A stretch of DNA of 64,000 nt, from NCBI GenBank assembly GCA_965226885.1, contig CBDDEL010000011.1:160001-224000 (forward strand), given 5' to 3'. The number at the start of each line of letters is the position of its first letter. Within the stretch, counting starts at the first letter, position 1. The stretch is from Opitutales bacterium (GTDB taxonomy: Bacteria; Verrucomicrobiota; Verrucomicrobiia; Opitutales; UBA2987). A program made the position numbers and the translations under genes. Below are positions 20,507 through 30,645 of the stretch, in pieces. The notes beneath the pieces were generated by a model. That model did not search any database. It had not been told where the DNA came from and saw only the letters and a program-made list of their open reading frames with translations.

Positions 20507-23500
20507 TCAGATTCCCGTAGCTGTGGCTGTATCTGTACCGGTGTCGGTGTAGAAGTCTGGGGGGGTGAAGGTGGATAGGGCGCTTATGTCGCTGAAATCG
20601 ATTCGGTCCACTTTGTCGTAGATTTCCGTCCAGGTATCGATTTTGAAGGTGGGTTCGCCACCGTAAAAATCTGCCAGGCCTTCGTCGTAGTGAAAATAGA
20701 TTCCACCATTCAATGTTATGTTGTTGGCTACTGCCGCTCCGTTGAAATTAGCGTTGCCGCTTATGATCACATTGGCATTGGGGGCATATACGACAGCGGT
20801 CATGCCTGCCCCTCCGTGAAGAGAGATTTGTTGGCGATCATCCCCTCCCGCAATGTCGGCTTCAGACTGGGTGCCATAAACGACCAGGCTGTCGGAATCC
20901 GGATTCGCGTTGTTGATAGTATTACTGCCTTGGTTATGTCCCAAGTCGCCGCCTACATAAATGGTGAGGGTACTTCCGGCGTTAATAACAACATTGGATA
21001 GGTCGACATCTCCGGAAACAAGCATGCGGATGTGGCCGTTAATGGTCAATATGGAGTTCTGACCCATGAAGTGGACGGGGTTGTTTGAAGTGGACGGGGT
21101 TGTTTGGACAATTTTGACGTGGGATTAAGGTGGAAATCGTGTTCATATTATTTTTTAAAAATATATTTTGTCCTTAGCCAAAGACGGGCACGCAGGTGCC
21201 CGCAAGCTGTATTGGCGGGGAGGTTGGTTTTGCTCCGATTGCATGGACTTCGGCCGGGGTCCGGTAGCCCAGGGCTTGGTGGGGGCGCAGGTGGTTGTAG
21301 AAGTCCAGGTAGCGGGCTATCCCTTCGCTGGCTTCCTTTGCCGTGGCGTATTCGCGCAGGTAAATGTCTTCATACTTGAGGGTTCTCCAAAAGCGTTCAA
21401 CAAATATGTTGTCCAGGTAGCGGCCACGCCCGTCCATGCTGATGCGCACCCCGGCTTGCCCCAGCACCGAGGTGAACTCGCTGCCGGTAAACTGGCTGCC
21501 TTGATCGGTGTTGAAGATTTGAGGTTGGGCCCGCCTCAGAGCTTCCTCCAGGGCGAGCACACAGAAGCGGCTCTCCAGGGTGTTGGAAAGCTGCCAGCTC
21601 AACACGTAGCGGCTGAACCAGTCCAACACCACGGTCAAGAAAAGGAATCCTCGGCTCAGCCGCAGGTAAGTGATGTCGCTGCACCATACCTGGTCGGGCC
21701 GCTCGACCGCCAAACCCCGCAGCAGATAAGGGAAAATGCGGTGCTGCCGGTGCCCCTGGCTCAAGTTTCGACGCGGATAAATAGCCTCCAGGCCCATTTG
21801 GCGCATGAGCCGCTGGATGCGGCCTCGTCCCACTGCATGGCCCTCTCGACGCAGCCACTGGGTCATCCGGCGAGAACCAAAAAACGGATATTGGGTGTAG
21901 AGCTCATCCATGCGATGCATGTAGAGAACGTTCTGCTCGCACTGGGCACGGGCCCGATAGTAATAGCTGCCGCGGGCCAGCCCCAGCAACTGACATTGCC
22001 TGCCGATACTGATTTTTCCTTGAAGTGGTTGCACCATCTTGCGCCTCTCACCAACCGAATTGTTCAGACTTTTTTTTTAGCCAATCGCATTCTACTTTCA
22101 GCTTTCCAATCTCCTGGTAAAGGTGATCTTTTTCCGTCTCGTTGTCCTTGCTGAGAGTCTGCCGCTGGCGCGAAAACAGCTCCGTTGCTCCCTGCAAAAG
22201 CTGCTTCTTCCATTGGGTCACCTGGTTGGGATGCACCTCAAAACGACCGGCGATCTCGTTGATGGTATGAGCGCCCCTGATGGCTTCCAGGGCCACTCGG
22301 GCTTTAAACTCAGCACTGTATTGTCTTCTCTTTCGTGATTTAATAACATTCATAGGTTAGCGGATTTAGTGGTTCAAGACCACCTTATTCCACTGTCCAG
22401 TTTTCCCCGTCCATTTCAGTTTGGACAATTTTGACGTGGGATTAAGGTGGAAATCGTGTTCATATTATTTTTTAAAAATATATTTTGTCCTTAGCCAAAG
22501 ACGGGCACGCAGGTGCCCGCAAGCTGTATTGGCGGGGAGGTTGGTTTTGCTCCGATTGCATGGACTTCGGCCGGGGTCCGGTAGCCCAGGGCTTGGTGGG
22601 GGCGCAGGTGGTTGTAGAAGTCCAGGTAGCGGGCTATCCCTTCGCTGGCTTCCTTTGCCGTGGCGTATTCGCGCAGGTAAATGTCTTCATACTTGAGGGT
22701 TCTCCAAAAGCGTTCAACAAATATGTTGTCCAGGTAGCGGCCACGCCCGTCCATGCTGATGCGCACCCCGGCTTGCCCCAGCACCGAGGTGAACTCGCTG
22801 CCGGTAAACTGGCTGCCTTGATCGGTGTTGAAGATTTGAGGTTGGGCCCGCCTCAGAGCTTCCTCCAGGGCGAGCACACAGAAGCGGCTCTCCAGGGTGT
22901 TGGAAAGCTGCCAGCTCAACACGTAGCGGCTGAACCAGTCCAACACCACGGTCAAGAAAAGGAATCCTCGGCTCAGCCGCAGGTAAGTGATGTCGCTGCA
23001 CCATACCTGGTCGGGCCGCTCGACCGCCAAACCCCGCAGCAGATAAGGGAAAATGCGGTGCTGCCGGTGCCCCTGGCTCAAGTTTCGACGCGGATAAATA
23101 GCCTCCAGGCCCATTTGGCGCATGAGCCGCTGGATGCGGCCTCGTCCCACTGCATGGCCCTCTCGACGCAGCCACTGGGTCATCCGGCGAGAACCAAAAA
23201 ACGGATATTGGGTGTAGAGCTCATCCATGCGATGCATGTAGAGAACGTTCTGCTCGCACTGGGCACGGGCCCGATAGTAATAGCTGCCGCGGGCCAGCCC
23301 CAGCAACTGACATTGCCTGCCGATACTGATTTTTCCTTGAAGTGGTTGCACCATCTTGCGCCTCTCACCAACCGAATTGTTCAGACTTTTTTTTTAGCCA
23401 ATCGCATTCTACTTTCAGCTTTCCAATCTCCTGGTAAAGGTGATCTTTTTCCGTCTCGTTGTCCTTGCTGAGAGTCTGCCGCTGGCGCGAAAACAGCTCC

Positions 23501-24621
23501 GTTGCTCCCTGCAAAAGCTGCTTCTTCCATTGGGTCACCTGGTTGGGATGCACCTCAAAACGACCGGCGATCTCGTTGATGGTATGAGCGCCCCTGATGG
23601 CTTCCAGGGCCACTCGGGCTTTAAACTCAGCACTGTATTGTCTTCTCTTTCGTGATTTAATAACATTCATAGGTTAGCGGATTTAGTGGTTCAAGACCAC
23701 CTTATTCCACTGTCCAGTTTTCCCCGTCCATTTCACCATATCGAAATCAGTCAAGCTGTATTCAATAGGGCTGTCAGCGGTACCCCCGGAAAGTGTTTCC
23801 GTTTTAGAATTTCGCTCGATATTGACGATTTGAGGATCCGAATCCGTTTTGGCAGAAACACCTGCTGTTGGGGCATCAACATCGGGCAGGTCGACATCGA
23901 AATCATAAGAGACTCTGTCGGGATCGATGGTGACTCCAGTGGGAGTATCTTCCCCGGTGACAGTGCCATTGCCGAAATCTATATTGGAACCGCCAGTGGA
24001 AACGTAGCCGAAAACATCGGAATTGCCGATATCAACTCCGGTAACATCGCTTTCAAAATTAATACTGCCGAGGGTTCCTTTGTCTCCTATGTTGCCAGCG
24101 CCTGGTAAACCAACAGCCGAGTCGTAACTATCGTCAGTGGCAGCAGCGCCCGTTATACGCAGAGTATTCTTAGCGGTCAAGCCATTGGCAAAGAGGGAGC
24201 GGTAGGCTAAGGCAATTTCAATCTGCCTGATAAGCTGACGCCCGTCCAGCATGGTGGCCCTGCCCTCGACATAGAGGGTGGGGATGGCGGTATAATCCCA
24301 AGCGATAATTGACAAGGTACCGGTCTTTCCGCTACCCATATTGATGCCGGTGTTTTGCCGCACCATGTGAGTGGTGTGGTCCGTCCAATCGGTCCAGTCA
24401 TTATTATTGAGGGCCCATGTGGCTTCCTCCGCGGCAGCTTCGGCCGCATTGAGGAGCGCGTTGGACATAAAGGCATCGTCCGATAATTCCAATTCGGTCA
24501 TGGACATCTTCAGGTAAGTGGCCACAAGAATGCCAATGACCAACGAAAAGACGATCGCGAATATTAATAGCGAACCTCGGGAGGAACGGTTCAATCGGGA
24601 AGAGGAAGAGGAATCTTTCAT
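20507..24621 (-). pseudogene. PilX-N-terminal-like surface/pilus assembly protein split by IS3-C pair (~480 aa reconstructed)
   Basis: RGSLLIFAIVFSLVIGILVATYL...AAEAAAEEA N-terminus; removing IS plus one CCA gives in-frame DFDMGQNSIL; C-terminal VYAPNA...FHYDE. Confidence 0.75.
21067..23735 (-). mobile_element. Two IS3-family C copies, one (21086-22418) nested in the IR of the other
   Basis: Outer TSD CCA, inner TSD GTT; orfA 22048-22353/23365-23670, orfB 21174-22037/22491-23354; WCSDITY, NTDQGSQF and DNIFVERFW motifs. Confidence 0.93.
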
Positions 24622-24893
24622 GCTTAATTTATTAATCGTGATTTCCAATATGACGGGTATGAATCGTTAAGATTATTCATCTCAGGATCTATTAGAGCGT
24701 ATTGCTTGATTTTCGCTTCATTTTTTGGTTTTCAGCATACTTTCTGTATATATTAACGATAGCTTTTTGTCAATGGAATACGGATACTGGATGCTGGATG
24801 GGGGGATTAAAGGTGTCGGGTGTCAGGGGGAGGGATGCTGGATGTAGGATGTTTTGGTGGGACATTTTGGCGCTTTTCTGGTTTTTTTTAAAC

Positions 24894-24958
24894 TTTAATC
24901 AAACGCATCAAACGTAGCCAACGTATCCATTGACGGATTTTGATTTTTATGTTATATG
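24894..24958 (+). promoter_or_regulatory. Shared promoter cassette, copy 1
   Basis: TTTAATCAAACGCATCAAACGTAGCCAAC-N7-TTGACG-N17-TATATG; 39/42 identical to 57997-58038. Confidence 0.6.
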
Positions 24959-25161
24959 TGGTGGCATGGTTTATGACGCATTAAATATGAGCGGGTCCGA
25001 TGGTTTTGGCTTGGCGGGTGGTTTGGCTGGGGGTAGCGGTGGCGTCAGGTGCCAGTGTCGGAATGGTGGAATCGGATTTTTTGGAATTTTGCCCGAAGGT
25101 GGCGCATCGGATTGACAAACCTATTTCCGAAGCTAGAAAGAACATTTTTACTCTGAAATCA

Positions 25162-27018
25162 ATGACTGCCCCAATCGATAGCGGCTTGCCGCCGACCGTA
25201 GAAATAGACCGTAGTTCCCTCAAGGAGGAGACGATCAGCGATGCCGTGATCCGTTTTGCGGGGGAATCGCAGGATGGCATCCAGAGCATCGGCGGTTTCC
25301 TGGCCCGGCTGGCGGGGCGGAGCGATCAGGATGTGATGACTTATATGACGATCCCTTCGACCATTTCGGGGGGGCCCTCCATTTTCCAGGTGCGGATGGG
25401 AACGGGGGAAGTCCTTTCGGCCGGGGATTCGGCGGATTTCCTGGTGGCTTTTTACCAATACAGCTACGAGGAGCATATCGAGCATTTGAAGGAGGGGGGC
25501 GTCCTCATTTACGATTCCGACAATGTAACCCCCGACACCAAAGACCACCGCTATGTTTATGTGGGCGTTTCCATTACCGGGATGACCATCGAGGCTCTGG
25601 GTGGAAATGCCAAAACGAAGGGGAAAAACATTTTTGTGCTAGGTCTGCTTTCCCGCATCTTCAACCTTGATGTGGGCAAACTGAAGGATTTGATGCGCGA
25701 ACGGTTCGGTGGAAAAGGGGAGGGCATCCTGCGCAACTCCTACCTGGCTTTCGATGCGGGGTTTGCCTTTCCGGCGGACAATATTCTGGGTCGTTACTAT
25801 CAGTTTGAAAAGGCATCGGCCAACAAATCGGGCAGGCCGCAGGTGTCCATGGATGGCAACCAGGCGCTGACGCTTGGGCTGATTGCGGCGGGAGTGCGTT
25901 TCGGGGCGGGTTATCCGATCACGCCCTGGTCAACGATCATGGAAGCGCTGCGCACGGAGCTGCCCAAATATGGAGGCTGTTTTGTGCAGGCGGAAGATGA
26001 ATTGGCGGCGGTTTCGATTACCCTGGGGATGGCCTACAGCGGCTACCTGGCGGTGACAGGAAGTTCCGGGCCCGGCCTTTCCCTGAAAATGGAGGCCTTG
26101 GGGTGGGCTTCGATGGCGGAAATACCGCTCATTATCATCAATGTGCAGCGCGGCGGACCCAGCACCGGTTTGCCCACCAATGTGGAACAGGGTGATTTGA
26201 TGCAGGCCATTTACGGCAGCCACGGGGATTCCCCGCGGGTGGTTTTGGCCCCCCGCAATGTTGAAGATTGTTTTTATATCGCTTTGGAGGCCGGCCGTAT
26301 CGCCCGTAAATACAGCACGCCGGTCATCATTTTATCGGACCAGGCGCTGGCCACCCGCATTGAGGCATTCGACAAGCCGGACCTGGATGGGTTGATGCTC
26401 GACCCGAAACCGGAGATCGTTTCCCGGAAGGAGGAGTTTCTGCCCTACGATTTAAAAGAAATCACGCGGCATGCGCCGCCCGGCACGATCATGGAGGGGG
26501 GCAAATACCCGGTTGTGACGGGCCTGGAACATGACGAATCGGGGCACCCCACGGCCAATCCGGCCATGCACATGAAGATGACGGCGAAGCGCCGCGACAA
26601 ATTGAAGGCGCTGGCCAAGGACATTGGCAAAACCGAGGTGTACGGCGATAGCGAAGGAGATGTTTTGCTGGTTGGGTGGGGCTCCACTTACGGACCGATC
26701 CGGGAAGCGGTCAAGGTGCTGCGCGATAAAGGGGAAGAGGCAGGCAGCATGCATTTGCATCATTTGCATCCGCTGCCGGCCGGCATCGAACGGATACTGA
26801 ACCGTTTTCGCCATGTTTTCGTGGTGGAAATGAATGACGAGGGCCTCTACGGATACGGCCAACTGGCCGGTATTCTAAGGGCTTGTTTCCGGCACCCGGC
26901 CATTCGCAGCATTACCAAGACAGACGGGCTGACTTTCAAAGTGAAAGAGATTCTTTCCGGCGTCAGCCATTTGCGCGGCGACGCGGTGGCCACCTACTCC
27001 TCTTATCCCTACATTTAA
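25162..27018 (+). CDS. 2-oxoacid:acceptor oxidoreductase alpha subunit
   Basis: RFAGESQDG, GYPITP, QAEDELAA, SSGPG, QRGGPSTGLPT; likely ATG at 25162. Confidence 0.93.
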   Translation: MTAPIDSGLPPTVEIDRSSLKEETISDAVIRFAGESQDGIQSIGGFLARLAGRSDQDVMTYMTIPSTISGGPSIFQVRMGTGEVLSAGDSADFLVAFYQYSYEEHIEHLKEGGVLIYDSDNVTPDTKDHRYVYVGVSITGMTIEALGGNAKTKGKNIFVLGLLSRIFNLDVGKLKDLMRERFGGKGEGILRNSYLAFDAGFAFPADNILGRYYQFEKASANKSGRPQVSMDGNQALTLGLIAAGVRFGAGYPITPWSTIMEALRTELPKYGGCFVQAEDELAAVSITLGMAYSGYLAVTGSSGPGLSLKMEALGWASMAEIPLIIINVQRGGPSTGLPTNVEQGDLMQAIYGSHGDSPRVVLAPRNVEDCFYIALEAGRIARKYSTPVIILSDQALATRIEAFDKPDLDGLMLDPKPEIVSRKEEFLPYDLKEITRHAPPGTIMEGGKYPVVTGLEHDESGHPTANPAMHMKMTAKRRDKLKALAKDIGKTEVYGDSEGDVLLVGWGSTYGPIREAVKVLRDKGEEAGSMHLHHLHPLPAGIERILNRFRHVFVVEMNDEGLYGYGQLAGILRACFRHPAIRSITKTDGLTFKVKEILSGVSHLRGDAVATYSSYPYI

Positions 27019-27053
27019 CCCTGATATAATTAGCAACTCAGACTCTTAGAACC

Positions 27054-28001
27054 ATGACAACGACGGCAATTAGTGAAATTTCACCGGGCGATCAACCGCG
27101 CGAAAAATTAACCAGAAAGACCCTCATCGCCGATCATCCGACATGGTGTCCGGGGTGCGGAGATTTCGCGGTCCTTTCGGCCTTTTACCGCACACTGGAA
27201 AAGCGGCAGTTTGCCCATGAAAAGATAGTCACCCTGGCGGGCATCGGTTGCTCCTCGCGGTTTCCCTACTTCGTCAACACGCATGGGGCGCATTTCATAC
27301 ACGGGCGCGCCCTGCCGTTTGCCTCCGGCATCAGCCTGGCGCGGGAAGACTTGCATGTGTTTGTTTTCGGTGGCGACGGCGACGGCTTTTCCATGGGCGG
27401 GAACCACCTCGACCATACGGCCCGCAAAAATTTTAACCTGACCTATGTCATCATGGACAATTTTGTCTATGGCCTGACCAAAAAACAAACCTCGCCCACA
27501 TCGCCGATTGGTTTCAAATCGAAGACCGATCCGGGCGGTTCCGTCGATCAGCCCATCAATCCGATGAAAAAGCTGGTTTCGAGCGGGGCCACATTTATTG
27601 CGCGGACCCATGCCTCCCAGGTCAAACATATGATGGAAATGTTAGCCCGGGCGATCGACCACGAGGGTTTCTCGGTGATCGAATGCCTATCCGAATGCGT
27701 AGAATTTTTCCCCGGCGCTTTCGATGCCAGCATCCCCAGAAAAGGGGGCCAGTTTAATGCCATTGAGGAAAAGAAATTCGACGGCAGCGAGGAAGACGAG
27801 TCGAGGCATGATCCCTCTGATGAGGTGGCCGCGTTTAACCTGGCAAACCTTGAATGGCCGGGGGTGTTCGGTGTTTTTTACGAAAAACAACGCATCACCA
27901 AAAACAAGAACGAAGCGGAATTTGTGAGCAAAGCCCGGCAGAAACACGGCAATCTCAGCGACCTGGAAATCCTTGAACAATCCTTTGCTCTTATGACCTG
28001 A
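27054..28001 (+). CDS. 2-oxoacid:ferredoxin oxidoreductase beta subunit
   Basis: WCPGCGD, GIGCSS, HGRA, GGDGD TPP motif, YGLTKKQTSPT. Confidence 0.93.
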   Translation: MTTTAISEISPGDQPREKLTRKTLIADHPTWCPGCGDFAVLSAFYRTLEKRQFAHEKIVTLAGIGCSSRFPYFVNTHGAHFIHGRALPFASGISLAREDLHVFVFGGDGDGFSMGGNHLDHTARKNFNLTYVIMDNFVYGLTKKQTSPTSPIGFKSKTDPGGSVDQPINPMKKLVSSGATFIARTHASQVKHMMEMLARAIDHEGFSVIECLSECVEFFPGAFDASIPRKGGQFNAIEEKKFDGSEEDESRHDPSDEVAAFNLANLEWPGVFGVFYEKQRITKNKNEAEFVSKARQKHGNLSDLEILEQSFALMT

Positions 28002-28069
28002 GGGCAGGTTCTAATTAAGACCCGTCTCCCTTGTAGTGGCTTCTTTCCCTTTCCTGTAATTTAAGAATT

Positions 28070-29036
28070 ATGGCCAGAATCAATGTTGTTATTTTAGGGA
28101 CGGGTTTGATCGCCCGCAAACACATGGGTGAAATGCTCAAGCGCCCGAGAATCACCCGCATTCAGGCGCTCATCGAGGTCAGTGAAAAATCCCGCGAAAT
28201 TACCGCCGACTGGTTTACCCAAGAGGGCAAAAAATGTCCGCCTTTCTATTCCACTTTGCAGGAATGCCTGGCCAAGGAGCCGAAACCGGATGCCGCACTG
28301 ATTGGCACGCCCCACAAATTTCACTTCGAACAGGCCAGGGATTGCCTCAAAGCCGGTCTCGACGTGATGGTCGAGAAGCCGATGGTGATGAATGAAAGCG
28401 AGGCCCGTCGGCTGATTCGTGTGCGCAACCAAACGGGCAGGCTTTTGGTGGTCGGGTTCAATGGAAGCCTCTCAGATGCCATAGCCAAAACCAAGAAACT
28501 GATTGCAAAGGGAAAAATCGGACGCGTAACCGGGATCACGGCCCATGTCCACCAGGGGTGGAAGGAGTCTCAAAAAGGCGCCTGGAGGGTAAAGCCGGAA
28601 ATTTCCGGAGGGGGTTTTCTTTTCGACACCGGCTCGCACATGCTGAACACGGTGGTTGATTTGGCGGGTTCCGATGTGGCGGAAGTTTTCGCCATCCTGG
28701 ATTATAGCGGGACGGCGGTGGAAATTAATTCAGCGGTGTGTGGGCGGTTTCGGCGACTCCATTTATTGCAATTCGTTTATCCGCATCATAGGAAGCAAAG
28801 GGGTGCTAGAAACAGGGATTTGGGGAGAATGCCTCCTCTTTTTGCCGGATGGCGCCAGTGAATACGAACCCTTGGTATTTACGCCCCGTGGCAGCACCTG
28901 GAACCAGTTTGTAAAAGTCTTTCGGGGGAAAATGGAAAACCCTTGCCCGGCCGAAACCGGGCTGCGGCTGGCCCGGCTTATGGATATGATCCGCGAAAGC
29001 GCGGCGGACGGGAAATTAGTGCGGCGCAAAAAGTAG
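28070..29036 (+). pseudogene. Gfo/Idh/MocA oxidoreductase, frameshifted near 28750
   Basis: [29 protein letters not shown]-terminus (IRIIGSKGVLE...IRESA) lies in another frame. Confidence 0.8.
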
Positions 29037-29040
29037 CTGA

Positions 29041-29679
29041 TCAAAAACCGGGGACCATGGGGGCCAGGCAGATAAACATCAAGGCGAGGAGAACGGAACC
29101 GGCCAGCACCTTGAGCTTATTCATGGATTTCACCGTAATGGGTTCGGGCACCCTTTTGCCGAACAAGGCAGCCAGCAATACATAATAGGCCCACCAGGCA
29201 AAAGAACCGAGGCCGACTCCCGCTCCCAGCAGCAGGGAGTTGCCCATTTCGATATGGCGGACATGGAAATTCATTGAAATGAGGAGGGCCAGGAATCCGG
29301 GCAGCCGCATGGGCATTGCCAAAGCAATGCCAAAAGTGCTCCTGAATGTTTTACCGACGCTTTTTAGAGGGCCTTCGTAGCGCAGGGATTTAATTTTCTC
29401 GGCCCCGAACACCGTTGTGCTCATATAGACGAGCACCCCGGCGGCAAAGAGCCGGAACAACCAGTCCAAAGAGTCGCTGAAGGGATGCAGCCAGAAAACC
29501 ATTGTAGCAGCTAAAGCCGACCACAAAGATTGGGCCAGGGCTATTCCCCCGCCCGCTCCCAATCCGGTAAAAAACCCGCGGCTAAGGGTAATTTGCACGC
29601 ACCATACCGCCCCCGAAACGATGGTGGTGGAAAATACCAATCCCAGGATGATTCCGAAATAAAAAAAGAATTCACTCAT
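29041..29679 (-). CDS. LysE-family translocator
   Basis: 212 aa hydrophobic; GFFTGLGAG and GVGLGSFAWW patterns. Confidence 0.75.
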   Translation of the reverse strand: MSEFFFYFGIILGLVFSTTIVSGAVWCVQITLSRGFFTGLGAGGGIALAQSLWSALAATMVFWLHPFSDSLDWLFRLFAAGVLVYMSTTVFGAEKIKSLRYEGPLKSVGKTFRSTFGIALAMPMRLPGFLALLISMNFHVRHIEMGNSLLLGAGVGLGSFAWWAYYVLLAALFGKRVPEPITVKSMNKLKVLAGSVLLALMFICLAPMVPGF

Positions 29680-29759
29680 AACCCCTCAGACACATTAATG
29701 ACACCAGTTTGGCGGCCAATGTTATTTTCATCAACCGGGGGTTATCAGGCAATGTCTAG

Positions 29760-30593
29760 TTAGCTGTTTTCCAAATTTGCCAATGGCAGCAGGAGGAGAA
29801 AAGTAGTTCCGACGCCTTCTTCGTTCAGAATTCCCAATTGCCCTCCGTGGTTTTGGGCGAAATTCTGGGCAAAATACAAACCCAGACCCATTCTACCCCA
29901 TTGTTCACTAGTCGTGAAAAACGGTTCAAATACCCTTGGCAGGATGGCCGGGGGTATGCCTCCCGCTGTATCGGAGAAAGAAAGCTCAGCCGCATCGACC
30001 GGAAGTCCGTAGGGTTGCGGAAAAATTGCCCTGCCGTCAGTGCCGCCGCCGCAAACACGACGCAGGGACAGTTTAATGCCGCTCTGGCCGGAGAGGTTGC
30101 CACCAGCATTCAAGGCAAAATGCAGCAATACCATCTTGAAGGTGTTTTCATCGATCCTGACAGGCAATTCCGGCCCCATGGAATCCATTAACAGAGTAGC
30201 TCCCGGAGGCAGCACGACCTCCAAAGTCTCCTTCTGGCGGTGCACAAGTTTGGTTAAATCGACGAGGGTAGGTTCACCCGGTTTTGATCGATTGACCTCC
30301 GAAATGCTGTGAATATTTTTTTGGGTTCTGAGAGCGCTTTTGTAGATAAGCTCAATGTTTGGCTGTAAAGGATGCTCTGGCTCAATAGAGTGGAGAAGCG
30401 ATTCGCTCAAGGAATAGATGCCCATCATGGAGTTCACCATATCGTGCAACAAACCGGAGATGGCGGCTATTTTGGCCTGGTTCATCGATGCCGCCTGAAG
30501 CGCATTTTCGGGCGGTAAATTATCCAGGACGGATTTTTCGGCTGGAGACGGCTTGGCCACGCATCCAGGTTCTAATTTACCCATTGCCGGCAA
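29760..30593 (-). CDS. Cytoplasmic histidine kinase without obvious sensor domain
   Basis: H-box LLHDMVN, ALNA, DTAGGI, FEPFFTT, GLGL. Confidence 0.85.
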   Translation of the reverse strand: MPAMGKLEPGCVAKPSPAEKSVLDNLPPENALQAASMNQAKIAAISGLLHDMVNSMMGIYSLSESLLHSIEPEHPLQPNIELIYKSALRTQKNIHSISEVNRSKPGEPTLVDLTKLVHRQKETLEVVLPPGATLLMDSMGPELPVRIDENTFKMVLLHFALNAGGNLSGQSGIKLSLRRVCGGGTDGRAIFPQPYGLPVDAAELSFSDTAGGIPPAILPRVFEPFFTTSEQWGRMGLGLYFAQNFAQNHGGQLGILNEEGVGTTFLLLLPLANLENS

Positions 30594-30645
30594 TGGGGGT
30601 TATGACTGCTCAACAACCCGAAAAACATAGCCCGGTAATTGCTGT

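Noticed and set aside
21168..23471. 328-aa plus-strand ORFs (also 5620-6588 and similar)
   Set aside because: Antisense shadows of transposase or receptor genes with no recognisable motifs.
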